From the NCBI GenBank assembly GCA_026770705.1, contig JANJGN010000004.1:110546001-110610000 (forward strand): 64,000 nt of DNA. Direction: 5' to 3'. Every line of letters begins with the position of its first letter. The stretch's first letter is position 1. Below are positions 52,301-64,000 of the stretch, piece by piece. The notes under the pieces are model-generated. The model made no database searches and was not told the DNA's origin. It saw only the letters and a list, made by a program, of their open reading frames with translations. Made by a program: the position numbers and the translations under genes. This DNA comes from Isurus oxyrinchus. Lineage: Eukaryota.

Positions 52301-55300
52301 TTGTAGGTCTGTTATGATGTGTTGTTGTAGGTCCGTGCTAGGGTATTGTTGTAGGTCTGTGCTGGTGTGTTTTTCTAGGTCTGTGCTGGTGTGTTGTTGT
52401 AGGACTGTGCTGGTGTGTTGCTGAAGGTCTTTGCAGGTGTGTTGTTGTTGGTCCGCGCTGGTGCATTGCAGTAGGTCTGTGCTGGTGTGTTGTTGTAGTT
52501 CTTTGCAGGTGTGTTGTTGTAATTCTTTGCTGGTGTATTGTAGGTCTTTGCAGTTGCGTTGTTGTAGGTCTTTGCAGGTGTGTGGTTGTAGGTCTGTGCT
52601 GGTGTGTTGTTGTAGGCCTGTGCTGGTGTGTAGTAGGTCTGTGCTGGTGTGTTGTTGTAGGTCTTTGCTTTGTCTTGTTGTAGGTCTTTGCTGGTGTCTT
52701 GTTGTAGGTCTTTGCTGGTGTGTTGTTGTAGTTCTTTGCAGGTGTGTTTTTGTATGTCTTTGCAGATGTGTTGTTGTAGATCTGTCCTGGTGTGTTGTAG
52801 ATCTGTGCTGGTGTGTTGTTGTAGGTCTTTGCTGGTGTGTTGTTGTAGGTCTTTGCAGGTGTGTTGTTGTAGGTCTTTGCTGGTGTGTTGTTGTAGTTCT
52901 TTGCAGGTATGATTTTGAATGTCTTTGCTGATGTGTTGTTGTAGATCTGTCCTGGTGTATTGTAGATCTGTGCTGGTGTGTTGTTGTAGGTCTTTGCTGG
53001 TGTGTTGTTGAAGGTCTTTGCTCTTGTGTTGTTGTAGGTCTTTGCAGGTGTGTTGTTGTAGGTCTGTGCTAGTGTGTTGTTGTAGGTCTGTCCAGGTGTG
53101 TTGTAGGTCTGTGCTGGTGTATTGTTGTAGGTCTTTGCTGGGGTGTTTTTATATGTCTGTGCTGGTGTGTTGTAAGTCTGTGCTGGTGTGTTCTTATAGG
53201 TCTTTGCTGGTGTGTTTTTGTAGGTCTGTGCTAGTGTGTTGTTGTAGGTCTGTGCTGGTGTGTTGTTGCAGGTCTTTGATGGTGTGTTGTAGGTCTGTAC
53301 TGGTGTGTTGTTGTAGGTCTGTGCTGGTGTGTTGTTGTAGGTCTCTGCAGGTGTGTTGTTGTAGGTCTGTGCTGGTGTGTTGTTGTAGGGCTTTGCTGGT
53401 GTGTTGTAGGTCTGTGCTGGTGTATTGTTGTAGGTCTTTGCTGGTATGTTTTTGTATGTCTGTGCTGGTGCGTTGTAAGTCTGTGCTGTTGTGTTCTTAT
53501 AGGTCTTTGCTGGTGTGTTTTTGTAGGTCTGTGCTAGTGTGTTGTTGTAGGTCTGTGCTGGTGTGTTGCTGGAGGTCTTTGATGGTGTGTTGTAGGTCTG
53601 TACTGGTGTGTTGTTGTAGGTCTGTGCTGGTGTGTTGTAGGTCTGTGCTGATGTGTCGTTGCAGGTTTGTACTGATATGTTGTTGTAGGACTGGGCTGGT
53701 ATGTTCTTGCAGCTCTGTACTGGTGGGTTGTAGGTCTGGACTGGTGTGTCGTTGTAGGTCTATGCTGGAGTGCTGTTGTAGAGCTGTGCGGATGTGTCGT
53801 TGCAGGTTTGTACTGATATGTTGTTGTAGGACTGGGATGGTATGTTCTTTCAGCTCTGTACTGGTGTGTTGTTGTCGGTCTGTACAGGTATATTATTGTA
53901 GGTCTGTGCTGGTGTGTTGTTGTAGGTCTGTGCTGGGGTGTTGTTGTAGGTCTGTGCTGGTGTGCTGTTGTAGGTCTTTGATGGTGTGTTGTTGTAGGTA
54001 TTTGCTGGTGTGTTGCTATGGATCTGTGCTGGAGCGTTGTTTTAGGTCTGTGCTGGTGTGTTGTTAGAGGTCTGTACTGCTGTGCTGTTGTAGGTCTGTG
54101 CTGGCCTGTTGATGTAAGTCTGTGCTGGTGTGTTATAGGTCTGTGCAGGTGTGCTGTTATAATTCTGTACTGGTGTGTTGTTGTAAGTCTGTACTGGTGT
54201 GTTGTAAGTCTGTGCTGGTGTGCTGTAATAGGTCTGCACAGGCGTTTTGCAAGGTCCGTACTGGTGTGTTGTTGTAGGTCTGTGCTGGTGTGTTGTTGTA
54301 GGTCTGTGCTGGTGTGCTGTTGTAGGTCTGTGCAGGTGTGTTGTTGTAGTTCTTTGCAGGTGTGTTGTTGTAATTCTTTGCTGGTGTGTTGTTGTAGGTC
54401 TTTGCTGTTGCTTGTTGTAGGTCTTTGCAGGTGTGTTGTTGTTGGTCTGTGCTGGCATTTTGTTGTAGGCTTTGCTGGTGTTTTGTTTTAGGACTTTGCA
54501 GATGTGCTTTTGGAGGTCGTTGCTGGTGTGTTGTTGTAGGTCTTTGCAAGTGTGTGGTTGTAGGTCTGCGCTGGTGTGTTGTTGTAGGCCTGTGCTGGTG
54601 TGTAGTATGTCTGTGCTGGTGTGTTGTAGTAGGTCTTTGCTGGTGTCTTGTTGTAGGTCTTTGCTGGTGTGTTGTTGTAGTTCTTTGCAGGTGTGTTTTT
54701 GTACGTCTTTGCAGATGTGTTGTTGTAGATCTGTCCTGGTGTGTTGTAGATCTGTGCTGGTGTGTTGTTGTAGGTCTTTGCTGGTGTGTTTTTGTATGTC
54801 TTTGCAGATGTGTTGTTGTAGATCTGTCCTGGTGTGTTGTAGATCTGTGCTGGTGTGTTGTTGTAGGTCTTTGCTGGTGTGTTGTTGTAGGTCTTTGCAG
54901 GTGTGTTGTTGTAGGTCTTTGCTGGTGTGTTGTTGTAGTTCTTTGCAGGTATGATTTTGAATGTCTTTGCTGATGTGTTGATGTAGATCTGTCCTGGTGT
55001 GTTGTAGATCTGTGCTGGTGTGCTGTTGTAGGTCTGTGCAGGTGTGTTGTTGTAGGTCTGTGCTGGTGTGTTGTTGTAATTCTGTGCCGGTGTGTTGTTG
55101 TAGGTCGGGGCTGGTGTGTTGTTGTAGGTCTTTGCAGGTGTGTTGTTGTAGGTCTTTGCTGGTGTGTTGCTATGGGTCTGTGCTGGAGCGTTGTTGTAGG
55201 TCTGTGCTGGTGTGTTGTTAGAGGTCTGTGCTGGTATGTTGTTGTAGGTCTGTGCTGGTGTTCTGTTGTAGGTCTGTGCGGGTGTGTTGTTGTAGGTCTG

Positions 55301-58300
55301 TGCTGGTGTGTTGTTGTAATTCTGTGCCGGTGTGTTGTTGTAGGTCTGGGCTGGTGTGTTGTTGGTCTATGCCGCTGTGTTGTTGTAGGTTTTTACTGGT
55401 ATGTTGTACATCTGTACTGGTTTGTTGTGCATCTGCACTGGTGTGTTGTTGTAGGTCTGTGCTGGTGTGTTGATTAAGATCAGTGCTGGTGTGTTGTTGT
55501 AGGTCTGTGCTGATGTGCCGTTGTACGTCTGTGCTGGTGTGCTGTTGTAGGTCTGTGCTGGTGTGTTGTTGTAGGTCTATCCTGGTGTGTCATTGTAGGT
55601 CTGTGCTGGTGTGTTGTAGGTCTTTGCAGGTGTGTTGTTGAAAGTCTTTGCAGGTGTGTTGTTGAAGGTCTTTGCTGTTGTGTTGATGTACGTCTGTGCT
55701 GGTATGTTGTTGTAGGTCTGTTATGATGTGTTGTTGTAGGTCCGTGCTAGGGTATTGTTGTAGGTCTGTGCTGGTGTGCTTTTCTAGGTCTGTGCTGGTG
55801 TGTTGTTGTAGGACTGTGCTGGTGTGTTGCTGAAGGTCTTTGCAGGTGTGTTGTTGTTGGTCCGCGCTGGTGCGTTGCAGTAGGTCTGTGCTGGTGTGTT
55901 GTTGTAGTTCTTTGCAGGTGTGTTGTTGTAATTCTTTGCTGGTGTATTGTAGGTCTTTGCAGTTGCGTTGTTGTAGGTCTTTGCAGGTGTGTGGTTGTAG
56001 GTCTGCGCTGGTGTGTTGTTGTAGGCCTGTGCTGGTGTGTAGTAGGTCTGTGCTGGTGTGTTGTAGTAGGTCTTTGCTTTGTCTTGTTGTAGGTCTTTGC
56101 TGGTGTCTTGTTGTAGGTCTTTGCTGGTGTGTTGTTGTAGTTCTTTGCAGGTGTGTTTTTGTATGTCTTTGCAGATGTGTTGTTGTAGATCTGTCCTGGT
56201 GTGTTGTAGATCTGTGCTGGTGTGTTGTTGTAGGTCTGTGCTGGTGTGTTGTTGTAGGTCTGTCCAGGTGTGTTGTAGGTCTGTGCTGGTGTGTTGTTGT
56301 AGGTCTTTGCTGGTGTGTTGTTGTAGGTCGTGGCTGGTGTGTTGTTGTAGGTCTTTACAGGTGTGTTGTTGAAGGTCTTTACTCTTGTGTTGTTGTAGGT
56401 CTTTGCAGGTCTGTTGTTGTAGGTCTGTACTGGTGTGTTGTTGTAGGTCTGTCCAGGCGTGTTGTAGGTCTGTGCTGGTGTATTGTTGTAGGTCTTTGCT
56501 GGGGTGTTTTTGTATGTCTGTGCTGGTATGTTGTAAGTCTGTGCTGGTGTGTTCTTATAGGTCTTTGCTGGTGTGTTCTTGTAGGTCTGTGCTAGTGTGT
56601 TGTTGTAGGTCTGTGCTGGTGTGTTGTTGTAGGTCTTTGATGGTGTGTTGTAGGTCTGTACTGGTGTGTTGTTGTAGGTCTGTGCTGGTGTGTTGTTGTA
56701 GGTCTCTCCAGGTGTGTTGTAGGTCTGTGCTGGTGTATTGTTGTAGGTCTTTGCTGTTGTGTTCTTATAGGTCTTTGCTGGAGTGTTTTTGTAGGTCTGT
56801 ACTGGTGTGTTGTTGTAGGTCTATGCTGGATTGTTGTTGTAGGTCTGTGCTGATGTGTCGTTGCAGGTTTGTACTGATATGTTGTTGTAGGACTGGACTG
56901 GTATGTTCTTGCAGCTCTGTACTGGTGTGTTGTTGTAGGTCTGGACTGGTGTGTCGTTGTAGGTCTATGCTGGAGTGCTGTTGTAGGTCTGTGCTGATGT
57001 GTCGTTGCAGGTTTGTACTGATATGTTGTTGTAGGACTGTGATGGTATGTTCTTTCAGCTCTGTACTGGTGTGTTGTTGTCGGTCTGTACAGGGATACTA
57101 TTGTAGGTCTGTGCTGGTGTGTTGTTGTAGGTCTGTGCTGGCGTGTTGTTGTAGGTCTGTGCTGGTGTGCTGTTGTAGGTCTTTGATGGTGTGTTGTTGT
57201 AGGTATTTGCTGGTGTGTTGCTATGGGACTGTGCTGGAGCGTTGTTTTAGGTCTGTGCTGGTGTGTTGTTAGAGGTCTGTACTAGTGTGTTGTAGGTCTG
57301 TGCTGGCCTGTTGATGTAAGTCTGTGCTGGTGTGTTATAGGTCTGTACTGCTGTGTTGTTGTAGGTCTGTACTGGTGTGTTGTTGTAAGTCTGTGCTGGT
57401 GTGCTGTAATAGGTATGCACAGGCGTTTTGCAAGGTCCGTACTGGTGTGTTGTTGTAGGTCTGTGCTGGTATGTTGTTGTAGGTCTGTGCTGGTGTGCTG
57501 TTGTAGGTCTGTGCGGGTGTGTTGTTGTAGGTCTGTGCTGGTGTGTTGTTGTAATTCTGTGCCGGTGTGTTGTTGTAGGTCTGGGCTGGTGTGTTGTTGT
57601 AGGTCTTTGCAGGTGTGTTGTTGTAGGTCTGTGCTGGTGTGTTGTTGTAGGTCTGTGCTGGTATGTTGTTGTAGGTCTGTGCTGGTGTGCTGTTGTAGGT
57701 CTGTGCGGGTGTGTTGTTGTAGGTCTGTGCTGGTGTGTTGTTGTAATTCTGTGCCGGTGTGTTGTTGTAGGTCTGGGCTGGTGTGTTGTTGTAGGTCTTT
57801 GCAGGTGTGTTGTTGTAGGTCTGTGCTGGTGTGTTGTTGTAGGTCTTTGCTGCTGTGTTGCTATGGGTCTGTGCTGGAGCGTTGTTGTAGGTCTGTGCTG
57901 GTGTGTTGTTAGAGGTCTGTACTGCTGTGTTGTTGTAGGCCTTGCTGGTATGTTCTTGCAGGTCTGTGCTGGTGTGTTGTTATAGGTCTGTGCTGGTGTG
58001 TTGTTGCAGGTCTGTACTGGTGTGTTGTTGGATTGTGCTGCTGTGTTGTTGTAGGTCTGTACTGGTGTGTTGTAGGTCGGTGCTGGTGTGTTGTTGTAGA
58101 TCGGCATTATTTCTTTTTCGAGGTCTGTGCTGGTGTGTTGTTGGTCTATGCCGCTGTGTTGTTGTAGGTTTTTACAGGTATGTTGTACATCTGTACTGGT
58201 TTGTTGTGCATCTGCACTGGTGTGTTGTTGTAGGTCTGTGCTGGTGTGTTGATTAAGATCAGTGCTGGTGTGTTGTTGTAGGTCAGTGCTGGTGTGCCGT

Positions 58301-61300
58301 TGTACGTCTGTGCTGGTGTGCTGTTGTAGGTCTATCCTGGTGTGTCATTGTAGGTCTGTGCTGGTGTGTTGTAGGTCTTTGCAGGTGTGTTGTTGAAAGT
58401 CTTTGCAGGTGTGTTGTTGAAGGTCTTTGCTGTTGTGTTGATGTACGTCTGTGCTGGTATGTTGTTGTAGGTCTGTTATGATGTGTTGTTGTAGGTCCGT
58501 GCTAGGGTATTGTTGTAGGTCTGTGCTGGTGTGTTTTTCTAGGTCTGTGCTGGTGTGTTGTTGTAGGACTGTGCTGGTGTGTTGCTGAAGGTCTTTGCAG
58601 GTGTGTTGTTGTTGGTCCGCGCTGGTGCGTTGCAGTAGGTCTGTGCTGGTGTGTTGTTGTAGTTCTTTGCAGGTGTGTTGTTGTAATTCTTTGCTGGTGT
58701 ATTGTAGGTCTTTGCAGTTGCGTTGTTGTAGGTCTTTGCAGGTGTGTGGTTGTAGGTCTGCGCTGGTGTGTTGTTGTAGGCCTGTGCTGGTGTGTAGTAG
58801 GTCTGTGCTGGTGTGTTGTAGTAGGTCTTTGCTTTGTCTTGTTGTAGGTCTTTGCTGGTGTCTTGTTGTAGGTCTTTGCTGGTGTGTTGTTGTAGTTCTT
58901 TGCAGGTGTGTTTTTGTATGTCTTTGCAGATGTGTTGTTGTAGATCTGTCCTGGTGTGTTGTAGATCTGTGCTGGTGTGTTGTTGTAGGTCTTTGCTGGT
59001 GTGTTGTTGTTGGTCTTTGCTGGTGTGTTGTTGTAGGTCTTTGCTGGTGTGTTGTTGTAGGTCTTTGCAGGTGTGTTGTTGTAGGTCTTTGCTGGTGTGT
59101 TGTTGTAGTTCTTTGCAGGTGTGTTTTTGTATGTCTTTGCAGATGTGTTGTTGTAGATCTGTCCTGGTGTGTTGTAGATCTGTGCTGGTGTGTTGTTGTA
59201 GGTCTTTGCTGGTGTGTTGTTGTAGTTCTTTGCAGGTGTGTTGTTGTAGGTCTTTGCTGGTGTGTTGTTGTAGTTCTTTGCAGGTATGATTTTGAATGTC
59301 TTTGCTGATGTGTTGTTGTAGATCTGTCCTGGTGTATTGTAGATCTGTGCTGGTGTGTTGTTGTAGGTCTTTGCTGGTGTGTTGTTGAAGGTCTTTGCTC
59401 TTGTGTTGTTGTAGGTCTTTGCAGGTGTGTTGTTGTAGGTCTGTGCTAGTGTGTTGTTGTAGGTCTGTCCAGGTGTGTTGTAGGTCTGTGCTGGTGTATT
59501 GTTGTAGGTCTTTGCTGGGGTGTTTTTATATGTCTGTGCTGGTGTGTTGTAAGTCTGTGCTGGTGTGTTCTTATAGGTCTTTGCTGGTGTGTTGTTGTAG
59601 GTCTGTGCTAGTGTGTTGTTGTAGGTCTGTGCTGGTGTGTTGTTGCAGGTCTTTGATGGTGTGTTGTAGGTCTGTACTGGTGTGTTGTTGTAGGTCTGTG
59701 CTGGTGTGTTGTTGTAGGTCTCTGCAGGTGTGTTGTTGTAGGTCTGTGCTGGTGTGTTGTTGTAGGTCTGTGCTGGTGTGTTGTAGGTCTGTGCTGGTGT
59801 ATTGTTGTAGGTCTTTGCTGGTATGTTTTTGTATGTCTGTGCTGGTGCGTTGTAAGTCTGTGCTGTTGTGTTCTTATAGGTCTTTGCTGGTGTGTTTTTG
59901 TAGGTCTGTGCTAGTGTGTTGTTGTAGGTCTGTGCTGGTGTGTTGCTGGAGGTCTTTGATGGTGTGTTGTAGGTCTGTACTGGTGTGTTGTTGTAGGTCT
60001 ATGCTGGTGTGTTGTTGTAGGTCTGTGCTGATGTGTCGTTGCAGGTTTGTACTGATATGTTGTTGTAGGACTGGGCTGGTATGTTCTTGCAGCTCTGTAC
60101 TGGTGGGTTGTAGGTCTGGACTGGTGTGTCGTTGTAGGTCTGTGCTGGAGTGCTGTTGTAGGTCTGTGCTGATTTGTCGTTGCAGGTTTGTACTGATATG
60201 TTGTTGTAGGACTGGGATGGTATGTTCTTTCAGCTCTGTACTGGTGTGTTGTTGTCGGTCTGTACAGGTATATTATTGTAGGTCTGTGCTGGTGTGTTGT
60301 TGTAGGTCTGTGCTGGGGTGTGTTGTAGGTCTGTGCTGGTGTGCTGTTGTAGGTCTTTGATGGTGTGTTGTTGTAGGTATTTGCTGGTGTGTTGCTATGG
60401 ATCTGTGCTGGAGCGTTGTTTTAGGTCTGTGCTGGTGTGTTGTTAGAGGTCTGTACTGCTGTGTTGTTGTAGGTCTGTGCTGGCCTGTTGATGTAAGTCT
60501 GTGCTGGTGTGTTATAGGTCTGTGCAGGTGTGCTGTTATAATTCTGTACTGGTGTGTTGTTGTAGGTCTGTACTGGTGTGTTGTTGTAAGTCTGTGCTGG
60601 TGTGCTGTAATAGGTCTGCACAGGCGTTTTGCAAGGTCCGTACTGGTGTGTTGTTGTAGGTCTGTGCTGGTACGTTGTTGTAGGTCTGTGCTGGTGTGCT
60701 GTTGTAGGTCTGTGCAGGTGTGTTGTTGTAGTTCTTTGCAGGTGTGTTGTTGTAATTCTTTGCTGGTGTGTTGTTGTAGGTCTTTGCTGTTGCTTGTTGT
60801 AGGTCTTTGCAGGTGTGTTGTTGTTGGTCTGTGCTGGCATTTTGTTGTAGGCCTTGCTGGTGTTTTGTTTTAGGACTTTGCAGATGTGCTTTTGGAGGTC
60901 GTTGCTGGTGTGTTGTTGTAGGTCTTTGCAGGTGTGTGGTTGTAGGTCTGCGCTGGTGTGTTGTTGTAGGTCTGTGCTGGTATGTTGTTGTAGGTCTGTG
61001 CTGGTGTGCTGTTGTAGGTCTGTGCGGGTGTGTTGTTGTAGGTCTGTGCTGGTGTGTTGTTGTAATTCTGTGCCGGTGTGTTGTTGTAGGTCTGGGCTGG
61101 TGTGTTGTTGTAGGTCTTTGCAGGTGTGTTGTTGTAGGTCTGTGCTGGTGTGTTGTTGTAGGTCTTTGCTGCTGTGTTGCTATGGGTCTGTGCTGGAGCG
61201 TTGTTGTAGGTCTGTGCTGGTGTGTTGTTAGAGGTCTGTACTGCTGTGTTGTTGTAGGCCTTGCTGGTATGTTCTTGCAGGTCTGTGCTGGTGTGTTGTT

Positions 61301-64000
61301 ATAGGTCTGTGCTGGTGTGTTGTTGCAGGTCTGTACTGGTGTGTTGTTGGATTGTGCTGCTGTGTTGTTGTAGGTCTGTACTGGTGTGTTGTAGGTCGGT
61401 GCTGATGTGTTGTTGTAGATCGGCATTATTTCTTTTTCGAGGTCTGTGCTGGTGTGTTGTTGGTCTATGCCGCTGTGTTGTTGTAGGTTTTTACAGGTAT
61501 GTTGTACATCTGTACTGGTTTGTTGTGCATCTGCACTGGTGTGTTGTTGTAGGTCTGTGCTGGTGTGTTGATTAAGATCAGTGCTGGTGTGTTGTTGTAG
61601 GTCAGTGCTGGTGTGCCGTTGTACGTCTGTGCTGGTGTGCTGTTGTAGGTCTATCCTGGTGTGTCATTGTAGGTCTGTGCTGGTGTGTTGTAGGTCTTTG
61701 CAGGTGTGTTGTTGAAAGTCTTTGCAGGTGTGTTGTTGAAGGTCTTTGCTGTTGTGTTGATGTACGTCTGTGCTGGTATGTTGTTGTAGGTCTGTTATGA
61801 TGTGTTGTTGTAGGTCCGTGCTAGGGTATTGTTGTAGGTCTGTGCTGGTGTGTTTTTCTAGGTCTGTGCTGGTGTGTTGTTGTAGGACTGTGCTGGTGTG
61901 TTGCTGAAGGTCTTTGCAGGTGTGTTGTTGTTGGTCCGCGCTGGTGCGTTGCAGTAGGTCTGTGCTGGTGTGTTGTTGTAGTTCTTTGCAGGTGTGTTGT
62001 TGTAATTCTTTGCTGGTGTATTGTAGGTCTTTGCAGTTGCGTTGTTGTAGGTCTTTGCAGGTGTGTGGTTGTAGGTCTGCGCTGGTGTGTTGTTGTAGGC
62101 CTGTGCTGGTGTGTAGTAGGTCTGTGCTGGTGTGTTGTAGTAGGTCTTTGCTTTGTCTTGTTGTAGGTCTTTGCTGGTGTCTTGTTGTAGGTCTTTGCTG
62201 GTGTGTTGTTGTAGTTCTTTCCAGGTGTGTTTTTGTATGTCTTTGCAGATGTGTTGTTGTAGATCTGTCCTGGTGTGTTGTAGATCTGTGCTGGTGTGTT
62301 GTTGTAGGTCTGTGCTGGTGTGTTGTTGTAGGTCTGTCCAGGTGTGTTGTAGGTCTGTGCTGGTGTGTTGTTGTAGGTCTTTGCTGGTGTGTTGTTGTAG
62401 GTCGTGGCTGGTGTGTTGTTGTAGGTCTTTACAGGTGTGTTGTTGAAGGTCTTTACTCTTGTGTTGTTGTAGGTCTTTGCAGGTCTGTTGTTGTAGGTCT
62501 GTGCTGGTGTGCTGTTGTAGGTCTTTGATGGTGTGTTGTTGTAGGTATTTGCTGGTGTGTTGCTATGGGACTGTGCTGGAGCGTTGTTTTAGGTCTGTGC
62601 TGGTGTGTTGTTAGAGGTCTGTACTAGTGTGTTGTAGGTCTGTGCTGGCCTGTTGATGTAAGTCTGTGCTGGTGTGTTATAGGTCTGTACTGGTGTGTTG
62701 TTGTAGGTCTGTACTGGTGTGTTGTTGTAAGTCTGTGCTGGTGTGCTGTAATAGGTATGCACAGGCGTTTTGCAAGGTCCGTACTGGTGTGTTGTTGTAG
62801 GTCTGTGCTGGTATGTTGTTGTAGGTCTGTGCTGGTGTGCTGTTGTAGGTCTGTGCGGGTGTGTTGTTGTAGGTCTGTGCTGGTGTGTTGTTGTAATTCT
62901 GTGCCGGTGTGTTGTTGTAGGTCTGGGCTGGTGTGTTGTTGTAGGTCTTTGCAGGTGTGTTGTTGTAGGTCTGTGCTGGTGTGTTGTTGTAGGTCTGTGC
63001 TGGTATGTTGTTGTAGGTCTGTGCTGGTGTGCTGTTGTAGGTCTGTGCGGGTGTGTTGTTGTAGGTCTGTGCTGGTGTGTTGTTGTAATTCTGTGCCGGT
63101 GTGTTGTTGTAGGTCTGGGCTGGTGTGTTGTTGTAGGTCTTTGCAGGTGTGTTGTTGTAGGTCTGTGCTGGTGTGTTGTTGTAGGTCTTTGCTGCTGTGT
63201 TGCTATGGGTCTGTGCTGGAGCGTTGTTGTAGGCCTGTGCTGGTGTGTTGTTAGAGGTCTGTACTGCTGTGTTGTTGTAGGCCTTGCTGGTATGTTCTTG
63301 CAGGTCTGTGCTGGTGTGTTGTTATAGGTCTGTGCTGGTGTGTTGTTGCAGGTCTGTACTGGTGTGTTGTTGGATTGTGCTGCTGTGTTGTTGTAGGTCT
63401 GTACTGGTGTGTTGTAGGTCGGTGCTGGTGTGTTGTTGTAGATCGGCATTATTTCTTTTTCGAGGTCTGTGCTGGTGTGTTGTTGGTCTATGCCGCTGTG
63501 TTGTTGTAGGTTTTTACAGGTATGTTGTACATCTGTACTGGTTTGTTGTGCATCTGCACTGGTGTGTTGTTGTAGGTCTGTGCTGGTGTGTTGATTAAGA
63601 TCAGTGCTGGTGTGTTGTTGTAGGTCAGTGCTGGTGTGCCGTTGTACGTCTGTGCTGGTGTGCTGTTGTAGGTCTATCCTGGTGTGTCATTGTAGGTCTG
63701 TGCTGGTGTGTTGTAGGTCTTTGCAGGTGTGTTGTTGAAAGTCTTTGCAGGTGTGTTGTTGAAGGTCTTTGCTGTTGTGTTGATGTACGTCTGTGCTGGT
63801 ATGTTGTTGTAGGTCTGTTATGATGTGTTGTTGTAGGTCCGTGCTAGGGTATTGTTGTAGGTCTGTGCTGGTGTGTTTTTCTAGGTCTGTGCTGGTGTGT
63901 TGTTGTAGGACTGTGCTGGTGTGTTGCTGAAGGTCTTTGCAGGTGTGTTGTTGTTGGTCCGCGCTGGTGCGTTGCAGTAGGTCTGTGCTGGTGTGTTGTT
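49326..64000. repeat. GT-rich tandem satellite, 24-bp unit GGTGTGTTGTTGTAGGTCTGTGCT with 21-bp variants and higher-order block duplications; runs off the window
   Basis: Continuous periodicity over more than 14.6 kb (about 600+ units by length). Translations are 8-aa and 7-aa repeats such as VCCCRSVL, CVVVGLCW, YNNTPAQT and TTTHQHRP. Confidence 0.98.

Noticed and set aside
49252-63598. Dozens of Cys-rich, Val/Trp-rich and Thr/Asn-rich ORFs resembling keratin-associated, metallothionein, mucin or antifreeze proteins
   Set aside because: They overlap on both strands in five frames, have no unique N- or C-terminal domains, and follow directly from a 24/21-bp unit with a stop in only one frame.
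49326-64000. CRISPR array or telomeric repeat
   Set aside because: There are no unique spacers, no cas genes, the context is eukaryotic, and the unit is not TTAGGG.

Overview
Vertebrate genomic DNA. The repeat families suggest a cartilaginous fish or shark, which is an inference. The minus strand carries the 5' three-quarters of ACO1 (cytosolic aconitase / iron regulatory protein 1). It has a CpG-island promoter with five NRF1-like motifs at about 40.0-40.3 kb, a probable non-coding exon 1, and 15 GT-AG coding exons between 30672 and 920. These total 1956 nt (652 codons) from the second ATG, and the gene continues off the left edge. Introns and the upstream flank are full of decayed transposons: CR1, L2 and RTE LINE fragments, two tRNA-SINE families, Penelope-like elements with hammerhead-ribozyme relics, and PIF/Harbinger-type elements with TIRs, 3-bp TSDs and a spliced Myb/SANT ORF. 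From about 49326 to the window end (>14.6 kb) lies a GT-rich 24/21-bp tandem satellite with multi-kb higher-order duplications. It begins exactly inside an antisense CR1 3' tail and appears to have been seeded from it. The many Cys-, Val- or Thr-rich ORFs in that array are by-products of the repeat. I found no convincing novel protein-coding system; the most interesting signals concern repeat evolution and ACO1 regulation.
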